Assembly: GCA_964016885.1 (NCBI GenBank)
Contig: OZ024740.1
Location: forward strand, 38,874,001 to 38,938,000
From: Eledone cirrhosa
Lineage: Eukaryota
Direction of reading: 5' to 3'
Length of the DNA: 64,000 bases
Shown here piece by piece: positions 38,419 through 51,526 of the stretch. Position 1 is the stretch's first letter. Each line of letters begins with the position of its first letter. Made by a program: the position numbers and the translations under genes. The notes below the pieces were generated by a model. The model had not been told where the DNA came from, did no database searches, and saw nothing but the letters and a program-made list of their open reading frames with translations.

Positions 38419-39888
38419 TATATAGTAGAGGTCCACTCACTAATGTGTATAACCATCGTTTGTAAATGAATGTCTAAGCAAAGATAACATATTTGTTTCT
38501 TTACTGTTAAATGCAATACAGAATCATGACAATTGGTCATACAGACATATGGCTCTTAACACCTCCTATAGAAAGACATTGTTTTTGTATATGATTGATA
38601 GCGGTAGTCTACTATTAGCTTGATTTGGTTTATGTCACCTTGAATGGTTAACACGACTAACTTTAAAAGACAAAGTCCATAACAGGTTGAACATTTGAAG
38701 TGTTAATTTCAAACCCCACCGAGGTTAGCTTAGCCCTTCGTCCTTCCGGGGTCGATAAAATAAAGTGTCAGTAACACACTGGGATTGATTTAATCGACGT
38801 TCCCCTCCCCAAAAATGGTTGACCTTGTACCTGAATCAGAAACCATTATTATCTATGGGGTGGTGGGGGATCTACTTACATCTCATTCAATTTATGCATG
38901 TTTAATGTACTTCTCTTCAAAGTTCTTGCACATATTGAATATACTTTTCTCCTTGATATTTTATCATTTGCATGTTTTCCCCAGTTTTCCACATAAATAT
39001 TATCTTTCTTCTGAGCTGATACAAGGTAGTCTTTGCATATTTACTTCAACTTCTGAGAAGCTCAGAACACGATTCACCATAGAATAAATGTCTTTCAATC
39101 TTCAACATCAACCCTATGGTCTGCTCCCCTACCTGGTCTGATACGTCCCAACAGACCTTCAATGATTATAACATTCACTAATTCCAAAACTCCAGCACCA
39201 CATATACTTTTTCTAAGTTTGTCAAAGACACTTTTGCTGAAAGTTTGAAGATAATATTCATAATTTACACACACCCATGCAACACAACAGACAAACTAGA
39301 TATTTTGAAAATAGATACTTCAGTCGTGCTTAGTGTATCGTTGAGATCATAATGAAGATTGTAATCTTGTCGTTAATGCCAGGTCACTCGTGAGTGCCAC
39401 TGGTACCATTTAATATAGTTTAAGATGATGTATCTTCAGTTTGTAGGTGACTAAAACGGCTGCAACACCTGGTCACTCATGGTTGCTACTAGTACCAATT
39501 AATACGATTTAACCTGTTACAATTTCCGATCGTTGGCGACTAAAATGGCTCCAAAACGTGGCTAGCCTGATGAGGAGAGTTGCTAAAACACGAACAGGAC
39601 ACAAACAAAAACTGTCAAAAGGACGAATGATCACAGAATTGGGTCAACTGATGATTATGGGTGTAGCCCCCCCCCCCCCACACACACACACACACACAGA
39701 GAAAAGGAAGAGGCGATAGTGGAAGCGAAGTGAATAGCTGGGTGGAAAGGATCATCATTTTTGATAAAAGTGACGAGTTGGCGAGGAGAAGGGAGATGAC
39801 ACAGATGCAATCATTAATGGATTCTGTGGCTGGAAAAGTGAACTGGGTAAAGATTTGGGTCACAACACAGCTGACAAACATTTGTTAG

Positions 39889-39952
<64 letters not shown>

Positions 39953-40041
39953 GATTCCGTCGGAAACGACCAGGAAAAAAGAGTGCTCTATGTAGGTTAC
40001 AAAGCTTATTAGTTATGTAATAAACAAATATAAGATAATTA

Positions 40042-40101
40042 TTTCATTTACCAGTGGTTTCTTGAAAGCAACCAAAATTGCTTTCATTCATCAGAATGAA
40101 A
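40042..40101 (-). ncRNA. type-I hammerhead ribozyme motif
   Basis: TTTCATT-CTGATGA-ATGAAAGCAA-TTTTGG-TTGCTTTCAA-GAAA-CCACTGG-TA-AATGAAA; perfect 7-bp stem I and 9-bp stem II. Confidence 0.85.
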
Positions 40102-40148
40102 AAAACCCTGGTGTCTTTATTGACAGTGGATTTGAAAAACAAAAATAT

Positions 40149-40186
<38 letters not shown>

Positions 40187-40392
40187 CAGTCCTACAGGGT
40201 GATTCCTTGGGCTAGTATCTTCTACTATATTCTTGGATTGACCAATGTCTTGTGAGTGGAATTTGTGGAAGGAAACTGTAAAAGCCTATCGCACACTAAC
40301 ATACACAGACATACATGTGTGTGCGCGCGCGTGTGTGTATGTGGGTTCGACAATTAAAAGGTCGATACAATTATATATGCAATTATATACAA

Positions 40393-40473
<81 letters not shown>

Positions 40474-40566
40474 CATATATATATGTATACATACATACAT
40501 ATATATGTGTGTATACATATATATATACATATATATATGTATACATACATACATATATATGTGTGT

Positions 40567-40609
<43 letters not shown>

Positions 40610-40755
40610 CATATATATATGTATATATATATATACATATATACATATATATATGTATACACACATATATATATATTGTTATGCTTTCAGAAACGAAATA
40701 TGTATATATATATATATATATATATAGTTATGTAATAAACAACATAAGGCAATTA

Positions 40756-40815
40756 TTCCATTTATCAGTGGTTTCTTAAAAGCCAAAAATGTTGCTTTCA
40801 ATCATCAGAATGAAA
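40756..40815 (-). ncRNA. second, diverged copy of the 40042 hammerhead
   Basis: TTTCATT-CTGATGA-TTGAAAGC...GCTTTTAA-GAAA-CCACTGA-TA-AATGGAA. Confidence 0.65.
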
Positions 40816-40939
40816 AAATCCTAGTCTGTTTATTGATATTGGATTTTAAAAAACCGTTGTTTATTACATAACTATTAAGCTCTGTTACCTACATAGAGCA
40901 CTCTTTTTTCCTGGACTTTTCCGACGGAATTACTTCATT

Positions 40940-40992
<53 letters not shown>

Positions 40993-41032
40993 ACGTACTA
41001 AGAGTGAGAAATGAAATTTCGTTTCATTTTTT

Positions 41033-41096
<64 letters not shown>

Positions 41097-42477
41097 TATA
41101 TTATTTTCTTACTATATTATCAATAACTCTTAAATAGTATTTTAATTTGGAATTATATATTTCTAAAATGTCTATTCCTCTAAAAGTTCAGCTCAAAGTT
41201 ACTTTGCATACAGAATGTTTTTGTATTTTTTTTTTAGGAAACAAAATTGTTTGTTTTAAATCAGTAAATAAAACATAACACAAAAACATAATGTAGTAAA
41301 TTTTAAAAAATAAGATAGAAAAGATAATTTACACGATGATTGAATGTCAAGTAATAAAATGATTGGTTAATGAAAAAAAGATGAATATGATTTTGTGATG
41401 AATATACATAAGAAATGAAAGCAATACTTAACCGTGTCTGATGTGAAATCATTAGTAAACAGAGATAAATCCGAAATTTCATACGACGTCTTCATCTTTA
41501 CATTGATAAAAGTAATGAACCGATATTGCTATCTTTGTTGGTAGTGTTTCAACTATCCAATCAGATTTCGTCTAATGCTAAACGTAAGTGACGTCACGAG
41601 AAAATTGTTGATTCCTTTTACCTCAGTCCGTTTTTTAAGTAGTTCATTGAATACGTGATCTTCAAACTAATCATGAAACTAATCAAGACTTCTTATGTTT
41701 TCTAGATGTAGAACAAATAAAAAAATCCATAATTCGTTTCCTTGTCTAAACGAAGTGTTTTTTAATATAATTATATATCTCTCCGCGGTAACGCTTTTGC
41801 CGTGTTGTCCGTGGGGCGCGGCTGAGGCATCAATAAGGCTGGGGTGTAGTGACTGTCTTCCCCATCCTTTCATCCTTTTCTTTCGCCGCTTAATCCTTTT
41901 TTCATTTATTTTATTTTATTTTTCTTCTTCCTTTTTCGTTCCTTTTGTTTTTATTAGATACTGCCCCAGTATTTTTATGTAATGCCAATAGCCTTCCATG
42001 ATATTCTGAGATTTGGTATATAGAATAAATTGTAAGCATTTGTAGTTCGTGGCTTTTCTTCTTTAAAATGACATCAGATGATTTCCCTTCCACTCTACAC
42101 TTCCTTATCCCACTCTCCTGCCAATCCTCTCCTTTCACTTATAAATCAACGGATATGCACGTAAATAAGATTAAAAAATATAAATGTAATAGAAAATAGT
42201 GATACACTTCTTTTAAAAGGCACTTTTGTCAATCATTGTAAGCCATAATTGAACTAAAAGTACAGGAATCGGACTTTTATTGTAAATGAAAAATATAAAG
42301 ACTGTATATGTAGGTGATACACACGTGTAGAAATTCCCATACTCTTTCAAATATGGATTTACTAAATAAATACACGAAATTTACTATTAGGTTTCAGGAA
42401 GATAAGGAGGTGGGGTTATAGTATCAAAACCAGAAATATATTTATAGAAACGATTTCTTTATAAATTTACTCTCCCA

Positions 42478-42920
42478 ATACACATACACACTTATGTATG
42501 GTACACACACTGACACACTAATGTATGTAACACACACTGACACATACACACTTATGTTGGTAGTGTAATACACACAAACACACTTATGTATGTAACACAC
42601 ACTAACACACAAACACACCTTAGTATGTAACACACAGTAACACACATACACACTTATGTATGTAACACACAAACACACCTATGTATGTAACATACACTGA
42701 CACACATACACATACACACTTATGTATGTAATACACACATACACACTTATGTATGTAACACACACTGACACATATACACACTTATCTATGGTACACACAC
42801 TGACACACATACACACTTATGTGTGTAACATACACACACACACTTACGCATATAATACACACAAACACACATACACACCTATGAATGTAACATAACACAC
42901 AAACATTTGCCCACACATCA

Positions 42921-42983
<63 letters not shown>

Positions 42984-43019
42984 TATGCATGGGTGTGTGT
43001 TTATAGGTATGTATGTATG

Positions 43020-43053
<34 letters not shown>

Positions 43054-43410
43054 TGCATGTGTCTGTGTGTGTGTGTATGTGTATGTGTTTTTGTATGTGT
43101 CTATTTATGTATGTGACTTTGTATATATATATATGTGTTTATGCATGTGTATGTATGTATATGTCTGTGTATGTATGTGTGTGTGCTTATATATATATAT
43201 ATGTATGTATGTATTATGTATGTATGCATGTGTCTGTGTGTGTGTATGAGTTTTTATATGTCTATTTATGTATGTGTCTGTGTATATATATGTGCTTATG
43301 TATGTGTATGTATATGTCTGTGTATTATGTATGTGTGTGTGCTTATATATATATATGTATGTATGTATATGTGTATGTATGTATGTATGTATGTATGTAT
43401 GTATGTATGT
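42478..43410. repeat. CA-rich minisatellite followed by compound TG/TATG microsatellite
   Basis: Repeated ACACACTTATGTATGTAACACACA, then (TG)n/(TATG)n. Confidence 0.9.
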
Positions 43411-43739
43411 TTTCTCTTTCTCTTAATTTCGAGTATATTTTTTTGACCGGCCACCTTCCTGGTGGCAAGGTTGTAAAAGAAAAGAAATTGTCATCCCTTG
43501 AATCGCAAGAATGTTTTGCATATTTTGAAGGTGCCAGCTATCGCAGCCATTTGTAGACTATGAATTAGGGAGCTGCGCTTTTTGTCCGCAAATCCAAGTT
43601 CGGTCATACTTTGGTCCAAGCGGGTTGGTATAGAACCCGTAGCACCAATAATGATGGGTATGAAGCTAAAGGTGTATCTTGGATACTGGATTTGTAAGCT
43701 CCTCATCAATGGTCCGTAGATGTCCTCCTTCTCCTGTAT
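43410..43739 (-). mobile_element. 5'-truncated copy of the R4/Dong element 3' end
   Basis: Nearly identical to 44062-44392; QEKEDIYGPL...PIIIGATG...LRFKG*; flanked by (TACA)n. Confidence 0.9.
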
Positions 43740-44149
43740 GTATGTATGTATGTATGTATGTACGTACGTACGTACGTATGTATGTATGTATGTATGTATG
43801 TATGTACGTACGTACGTATGTATGTATGTATGTATATATGTATGTATGTATGCATGTATGTATGTATGTATGAATGTATGTATGTATGAATGTATGTATG
43901 TATGAATGTATGTATGTACGTACGTACGTACGTATGTATGTATGTATGTATGTATGTATGTATGTATGTATGTATGTATGTATGTATGTATGTATGTATA
44001 TATGTATGTATGCATGTATGTATGTATGTATGTATGTATGTATGTATGTATGTATGTATGTGTATCTCTTTCTCTTAATTTCGAGTATAATTTTTTTGAC
44101 CGGCCACCTTCCTGGTGGCAAGGTTGTAAAAGAAAAGAAATTGTCATCC

Positions 44150-44948
44150 CTAGAATCGCAAGAATGTTTTGCAAATTTTGAAGGTGCCAGCTCTCGCAGC
44201 CATTTGTAGACTATGAATTAGGGAGCTGCGCTTTTTGTCCGCAAATCCAAGTTCAGTCATACTTTGGTCCAAGCGGGTTGGTATATAACCCGTAGCTCCA
44301 ATAATGATGGGTATGAAGCTAAAGGTGTATCTTGGATACTGGATTTGTAAACTCCTCATCAATGGTCCGTAGATGTCCTCCTTCTCCTGTATTTTTTCTG
44401 ACAACGTTTACATCAAGTGGGTAGCTGATCTCCACAACAGAACACGTTTTCAATGTGTGGTCCCAAACAACAATATCAGGCCGGTAGTGCTTTAATTTGG
44501 TGGCAGTTTTTATTTTCAGGTTCCACCAGTATTCCTTAGTGTCTTCTGTCTCAATATATTCTTCCTCGTTTGTTGTTAATTTTGTTTTCCGAAGTGCGTT
44601 CCAGATGGTTCTAGCTATCCCATCGTGTCTCATGGGGATGTAGTAGCGAGATGACATTCTTTCGCAGCTGGCAACAATGTGGCTTACATCCTCGATCTTT
44701 GTTTTACATAGCCTACATTTATTGTCAGCTGCTGGCCCTCCCCTTTTGTGCAGCAGATATTTGGTAGGGAGTTCTTGTTCCTGTATTGCATAGAGATATC
44801 CCTCAAGGTGTAATGTCATAAACTTGTCGGAACTCCATGCCAGGCTTTTTGAGTGGTTTATCCCCTCTATGGTCTGTGTTTTACGTCTCAAGTATCCATG
44901 CACAACTTTTTCTGTAAATTGGTCAATTTTTTCATCTTGTTTGAACAT
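44150..44948 (-). pseudogene. CCHC knuckle plus restriction-like endonuclease domain (frameshift at about 44400)
   Basis: AIQEQEL.TK; CRLCKTKIEDVSHIVASC; RHD; RPDIVVWD; VVEISYP; PIIIGATG. Confidence 0.9.
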
Positions 44949-45151
44949 TGAATAGGATCTTCCGATTTCTCTGGGTGAGAGATTTATATCAGGCTTTATT
45001 CCATATCTCTCCTCTAGATCAGTCGCTATTCTAATGATATTTTTTTTTTCATGCTCATAAACCTGGGCAAGATGGTTGCCAACCTTTTTCCTCTGTTGAA
45101 GGTGTTGCTTCAGTGTTACTATCCGGGTCTCATATGTTGTTAATATGGATT

Positions 45152-46516
45152 TTAGACCCGGCCACCTTCCTTGCGTGAGAAGTATAGCCTATCCACATCA
45201 CCATTGATGTTAAAGTTCCCAGTAACACTGAGAAGTTTGCGAGTTCTAACATCCATCTCACTTAGTTCTTGCAGTGACCAGTTCAGCAAGCCAAATGTTG
45301 GCGTTATAATTGGCACAGCATAAGTATTGTGGGCAATGTATTTGTTGTACGTTGACAGTTCTGATGACCATATTTTCTTTACTCTTCTGAGGTATTCAGT
45401 TCTGGTTCTCTCCTTATTTATGGGTCCATCATATCTGACATTCTCATCCTGTCCAAGATATCTGTAGTTGTCACCTGACTGTAGAGGTTGTATTGTCAGG
45501 CCGTTCATCTCTAGATTTCTAGAGGAGGGCACAGCTCTTCCACGTTTTACTGCCAAATATGCACACTTGGACTCACCAAATTTCATTTTGATGTCTGTTG
45601 AAAATTGTGTAATGAGGTCAAATTGTTTCTTGATGTCATTGATATTTGGCCCATACAACTTCAGGTCATCAACAAAGAAAAGATGGGAGATACTTCTGGA
45701 CCCACTTCTTTGTCCACCTTGTTTCCTGAGTAGGTAAGATAGTGGATTTAGTGAGAGAACGAAGAGTAGCACTGACAAGCTATCACCCTGAAAGATGCCC
45801 TTCTGGTAATGTATCTTATCAGTCTTAACTTGCTCCTTCTCACCTCTAAGGATTAAATTGGTGTACCAGTTCTTGGTCAGGCGTTCAACAGCAGCTACCA
45901 ATGGTTGTGGGACTTTAGCTAACTGTAAAGCCTTAACAATCCACCCATGAGGTACACTATCAAATGCTTTTTGATAGTCCAGCCACACCACAGTCATGTT
46001 TCTGCGATTCTTTGTTGTTTTTTCCTGAATCATTTTATTAGTTAGTAGGTGATCTATGCAACCCCACACCTCCCACTTTCCACCAGCTTGCTCAGGTGTT
46101 ATGATGTTGTTAGTAGCACAGTGATCCTGTAAGAACAGGTTAAGGCACCCAGTATATAATTTATACATGATGTTTTGGCAGGCTATTGGGCGGTAATTTT
46201 TAGCAAGGCTGGTTTGGCTATTTTGGGGAATGAGGAGAGTAGTGGCAGTTGATAACCATCTGGGCAGTTCTTGTGTGCCCTTAATGGTTTCTGTAAACAG
46301 CCGTATGAGATCTTGCCGATAGAAAGTGAAATTCTTCAACCAGTATCCTGTAATGAGGTCTGGGCCTGGTGATTTCCTATTCGACATTTTCTGTAGAGCT
46401 GTTTCCAGTATTGACCCATCTATGTCATATTGTTTTGTCTGGACATGTTGGCAGTAGTCCTGTTCCAGTTCTTTTAGCCAATTAGTTTGTCTGTTGAATC
46501 CGTCATCCGTTCCCAT
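45152..46516 (-). CDS. reverse transcriptase domain of the R4/Dong element (fragment of a disrupted ORF)
   Basis: KSPGPDLI, NYRPIAC, WLDYQKAFDSVPH, GIFQGDSLS, HLFFVDDLKLY, YRYLG, RKEGGR. Confidence 0.93.
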   Translation of the reverse strand: MGTDDGFNRQTNWLKELEQDYCQHVQTKQYDIDGSILETALQKMSNRKSPGPDLITGYWLKNFTFYRQDLIRLFTETIKGTQELPRWLSTATTLLIPQNSQTSLAKNYRPIACQNIMYKLYTGCLNLFLQDHCATNNIITPEQAGGKWEVWGCIDHLLTNKMIQEKTTKNRRNMTVVWLDYQKAFDSVPHGWIVKALQLAKVPQPLVAAVERLTKNWYTNLILRGEKEQVKTDKIHYQKGIFQGDSLSVLLFVLSLNPLSYLLRKQGGQRSGSRSISHLFFVDDLKLYGPNINDIKKQFDLITQFSTDIKMKFGESKCAYLAVKRGRAVPSSRNLEMNGLTIQPLQSGDNYRYLGQDENVRYDGPINKERTRTEYLRRVKKIWSSELSTYNKYIAHNTYAVPIITPTFGLLNWSLQELSEMDVRTRKLLSVTGNFNINGDVDRLYFSRKEGGRV

Positions 46517-47649
46517 ACAGGTCTCCAGTAGCTCTCAACCTGTTCTTTTGAAGGGGTGTCATTTACAGGGATTGAGCTTTTGCCACCGAAGCTGCGATAA
46601 ACTGATTTAGGATCTCTGGCAAACAATCTATTTAGCACTTGTCGTTTATGTGCTGTTGACTTATATTTTAGTCTTTCTGTTGTAGCTGTAAGTTGTTTTT
46701 CCAACTGGTGTAATTTGGAGTTCAAAGTTTTAAATTTTGTATCTCTAAATCGTCTCTCTACCCTTTTTTTAGGTCTTCCTGGTGTCGTGTGAAGTTGCTC
46801 TCTATGTTGCATTTCATAACGACTGCGATGTGTGAGATACTTCGTCTCAGGGACAAAATTTTGGTTTTTAAATTTCGCATCCACGCTGGTTCAGGCTTTT
46901 TGTTTGTATCTTGATTGCGTGGTTTTAGATGTGCGTTATATGATAGCAATATTACAGCTGATACATATAACAAAATATTAAGCGTTTCAAATGTCGTTTC
47001 TATACCTTTAAATCGTATAGCCTTCAGATAATTGCCAGCTATTTCGTTCACCGCTTCCAATTCCAATTTAGTGGGTTCTTTACTGATTCTGGTGTTGTAT
47101 GGTCTGTCACTCACATTAAGGCTGTGTATCTCTTGAAACATATCGTCCCATATCACTTGTAAGGTGTCCACAAGTTTTTGGTGTTCTGTTTGTACAGTAG
47201 TCATGAATTTCAGTCTCGTTGTTGATGTGGTGACAATTACTACTAGAGTTAGCTGACCATTCTCGCTGTTCTTCAGTGGAAGTGGGATGGATTTCAGCAA
47301 AATTGTTGGTGAGCTGTTCACTGTTAGATTTAGCTGGCCATTCTCTTTGTCTGTCAGTGGAGGTGGGGTGGTTGTCTACAAGCGCTGTATTTGTAGTATC
47401 ACTCAATTCCGTTAGATGTATCAATTTACATCTAATGATACGTTTTGCCTGTTCATTTAGATGCTTTGGAGAAAAGTCTAATTCTGGGTGTTTGGAGTTC
47501 CATAAAGTTTTTAGCCTTTGCATAAAACCGAACTTTTGGGGTTCAGATTGTTTGCATGCTTCATATAATTCTTTGTTAAACTCGTAGCTCCACTGTATAC
47601 AACGGTTGTAGTTGCGATTTGGTCGAAGGAGACTTGTACTTTTTGCCAT
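46474..47649 (-). pseudogene. N-terminal region of the R4/Dong ORF (three frames)
   Basis: W..EFNKELY.....GFMQRLK.LW...HPEL......L..QA is homologous to 60216-60398; continues into NRLF..DPKSVYR..PSKEQVE.YW. Confidence 0.8.
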
Positions 47650-48316
47650 GATGAGTTCGTCTATTCACTGATATTTCGTATTTATTTTTCAAAATAGTCG
47701 ATGATCTTCTTTAAAAGTTTCAACAAAGTTCTGTCAGAATCAAATTTAAAGTTATTCACAGCTTGGGTAATATTTCTTTTCAGTTAGTTTTTAATTCTAC
47801 AACTGTGTTTTAAACGTTCTTGAATTGTTTGAATCGAGAACAAAAAGAACCGTTACCTAGTATATTTCTTTATGAATGTAATATAATATAACAACGCTGT
47901 ATTTATATGTTAAAGTTTATGTATCATTCATATAAATAGGTGTTCTACAACTTATTCACAGTTCAAACACTTATGTTTTTGTTTCTGAATCGAAAACGTT
48001 ACTTGTATATTTCTTTATAAATGTAATATAACAACGCTGCACTTATATGTTAAAGTGTATGTATCGTTCATATATCATAAGTGTATGTATCATTCGTATA
48101 AATAGGTGTTTTACAACACACTTACAGTTCAAACACTTATGTAGAATTATTGTATGTAATCTTACCGCGTAATGTAGCTCAACTTTTTCCAATATATGGT
48201 ATGTTGCCTTCATGTAAGCCGTAATTACACACGTCTGATTATCGGACACTGACCACAACGGTCGCCATTATGTATGTATGTATGTATGTATGTATGTATG
48301 TATGTACGTATTTATG

Positions 48317-48342
<26 letters not shown>

Positions 48343-48350
<8 letters not shown>

Positions 48351-48638
48351 TCATCTTGGTTAAGAGAGTGGGACTGGCTTTGTGCAGTGCCTTTGCTCAC
48401 TATAAAAGCTTCACGGCACAGGCATTGCTTTATATCTGGAGATCCCTCTGCACTTGTCGTCACATGGTACCATGGGCCCAGCACTATGTGTCAATAATTG
48501 TCGCAAGTGTAGTGTTTGTACCAGAGTTTTCAAGTCGCTGGCTGGACTAAAAAGTCACACTCGTTCAGCGCATCAGTAGGGGTTCTCCTACATGGATATA
48601 AAGTAGTGGCCGTACTCGAAAACGAGTTGGCAGCCACT
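48343..48638 (+). mobile_element. 5'-truncated RTE-derived bipartite element
   Basis: Near-identical to 29471-29765; (TATG)n on both sides. Confidence 0.85.
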
Positions 48639-48834
48639 ATGTATGTATGTATGTATGTATGTATGTATGTATGTATGTATGTATGTATGTATGTATGTAT
48701 GTATGTATGTATGTATGTACGTACGTATGTATGTATGTATGTGTGTATGTATATATGTATGTATGTACGTATGTATGTATATGTGATTAGATATAGACAC
48801 TGACACGGGATGGCAATAAGCCACTTTAAACGTC

Positions 48835-49735
48835 AGATATGGCAGCCTCGGTCTCCAGTCTCACTGCCCTGCCGGCTTTTCTCTTGTCGATGTCCTCGTG
48901 CCATGTCCTCGTCAACAGGGTTCTCCACAACACCACTGAACCTACTGTGGTCGGGGAACGTAAAACAGCCTACGCAACATGGAACCGGCTCGGCCTCCAC
49001 TCTGCGGAGACCGAGCAACATGGCTTCAGACAGGCTGGTGCGCCGGCTCGACCAGCACAATGTGACATGTTTTCACTCGTCCTACCAACCCCAGTGGTGC
49101 CTGGCACAACGCAGTACCAACACTTTCGACTGACACTCTTGCACATCGATGTTTCCCTGAGGTTCGGCCTCCGGATGTGAGCCTCACAAATTCCGCTGCG
49201 GTTCCAATGTCGTTTCTTTCGATCTTCCCATACTGCCATGCTGTTATAGTGCTGGCTGCCTCCCGTGCCTTGCTGCTCTCAACGAAATCATAAAGCATCG
49301 CTTGGATGGTGCAGGCTTCCCTTGCCAGCTCGAGCAAGAGGGGCTGGGCCGAGGTGACGGTAAATTCTTGACGGCATGACAATCTTCCCGCTCCGCGGGG
49401 AGAGGTCCCTCATCTGGAATGCTACATATTGTAATAGCTTCTCTAGCTGTAACCTGAGGCGTCCGGCTACCAGCCGAGGCTTCGCTGGCCGTCAGGCTGA
49501 AGAGGGCAAACTGTCAAAGTTCGACCGCTTTCTGATAGGTTTGTGGTTAAGCCTGTGATGGTGGAGACTTCCAGCGTTCTTGGATACAGACCACATCCCT
49601 GCTCACTGCTACCGGAGCGGAGTTGGCTTCCTGCAGGTGCGAACCTCGTGAGGTGGAGCTGCTGTTCCAGCTCGTTTCCCTTGCCATCCTCCGAGGCAAT
49701 GTCTTCTCCCTCCTATTGGCCGGAACCACGAGGCA
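48835..49735 (+). mobile_element. decayed CRE-clade fragment
   Basis: Broken frames including LRFGLRM*ASQ, GDGK..DGMTIFPLRGERSLIWNAT, KPVMVETSSVLG, LFQLVSLAILRGN. Confidence 0.75.
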
Positions 49736-49884
49736 GATTAACCCTTAAGTTTCATTTATGGTGGAGGGATGTGGATTAGATTTACTTCCATAAGCATGAT
49801 TAGTAAAAAAGTGAAAACATTTAAAAACACAAATAAATAAATATATTATCAGTTTTATTTTTAAAAAAGACACGTAGTTATAAC

Positions 49885-50205
49885 TGTTTCTACTTTAGGC
49901 ACAAGGCCAGCAATTACCCAGTGCATTACTGGTACTTTATTTTATCTACCCCGTAAGGATGAAAGGCAAAGTTAACCTCGGCGGGATTTGAACTCAGATC
50001 GTAAAGGGACGTAACTATACTGGAAAGCATGGCGTCCGACCCTCTACCGATACTGCCAATCCACCGCCCTAGCATGGCGTCCGACCCTCTACCGATACTG
50101 CCAATCCACCGCCCTAGCATGGCGTCCGACCCTCTATCGATACTGCCAATCCACCGCCCTAGCATGGCGTCCGACCCTCTACCGATACTGCCAATCCACC
50201 GCCCT
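49885..50205 (-). mobile_element. SINE with a four-fold repeated 45-bp 5' head
   Basis: Unit AGCATGGCGTCCGACCCTCTACCGATACTGCCAATCCACCGCCCT x4; 15-bp TSD ACACGTAGTTATAAC (49870-49884, 50209-50223). Confidence 0.9.
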
Positions 50206-50659
50206 AATACACGTAGTTATAACGTAATCTCTTTATGTATGAATGTAATTCTAGTGTACTTGTAGCTTAACTGCAATAAATTAATGTTTTGTCCCTCGTC
50301 TCTTACTCCACTGGACAGCGTTTGGCTGGTGTCAGACGCCGTGACCCCAGGTGGACTAGCTATACCGTTGACACTGGAGTTCTGTGTCCTTCGTTTGTAT
50401 TTTTTTTAATAAGTTTTTAAGGTTTTCCCTTTAAAAAATTGTTTTTCATTTTATTTTGTTTCCGTTCGTTGTCATGTCCTCTTTTTGTTAATTTTCTTGT
50501 GTGTATATATATATATATATATATAAAATTTAAAGGGTATATAAATGTAAACTAGACAAATCCATAGATATATATATATATATATGTTTTTGGTAACCAT
50601 TTACGGTGTGGCTCAATGACGAATTAATTAAATAAATAATAATCATAGCAATATATAAA

Positions 50660-51526
50660 AAGTAAGTCCATAGAATCAATAGATAAAATATATACAATAT
50701 TTCTTCTCCCAATCAGCATAAATCAACCACACAAAAAATCATTTAAACGAGGCTATAAGTTTAAAATATGCTTATGAAGAAACAGTAGATAAATGATATA
50801 CCTTTTTATCCGCGACTCATAGCTACAGAAAATTTACCTAGTATTTCTAATAGCCTGTAGAAATTGACTAGACATATAGTTAACCATACATAATTAGGTA
50901 CAAAATCAAAGTTAGAAGAAAAAATGTACATAAACCTACCAAAATCATCAAAATATCTCTACCCCCGGCGGTTTCATTCCATTTTTGGATATATCCGATC
51001 TTGGATAAATCAATGAGGTTGGAAATCATCTCGCCGACAGGCACCAATCACAAACTTTCTGCCTTGACCACTTTCCGCGTGATGATTCTTAGCCATTTTG
51101 AATTCGTTTCTGGCGGGGATCATGTAAGAAAAATATTTGTCCAATTGAGTTTATCTCCTGATGATTTCCAACCTCGTTGATTTATCCAAGATCGGATATA
51201 TCCAAAAATGGAATGAAACCGCCGGGAGTAGAGATATTTTGATGATTTTGGTAGGTTTATGTACATTTTTTCTTCTAACTTTGATTTTGTACCTAATTAT
51301 GTATGGTTAACTATATGTCTAGTCAATTTCTACAGGCTATTAGAAATACTAGGTAAATTTTCTGTAGCTATGAGTCGCGGATAAAAAGGTATATCATTTA
51401 TCTACTGTTTCTTCATAAGCATATTTTAAACTTATAGCCTCGTTTAAATGATTTTTTGTGTGGTTGATTTATGCTGATTGGGAGAAGAAATATTGTATAT
51501 ATTTTATCTACTGATTCTATGGACTT

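Larger units (their letters stand above)
44061..48268 (-). mobile_element. near full-length R4/Dong-clade non-LTR retrotransposon (RT plus restriction-like endonuclease), frameshifted
   Basis: One polyprotein in about 6 frames from 47649 to 44150; both ends abut (CATA)n; about 600-bp 5' UTR with an internal duplication. Confidence 0.92.

Noticed and set aside
38160-38469. Poly-K/R/F/S ORFs
   Set aside because: (GAA)n tail of an RTE fragment
38990-39260. Very old RT-like fragment on the minus strand (similar hint at about 63300-63560)
   Set aside because: Only faint motif resemblance (e.g. NLEKVY, VLLEAL) with many stops; not enough to call
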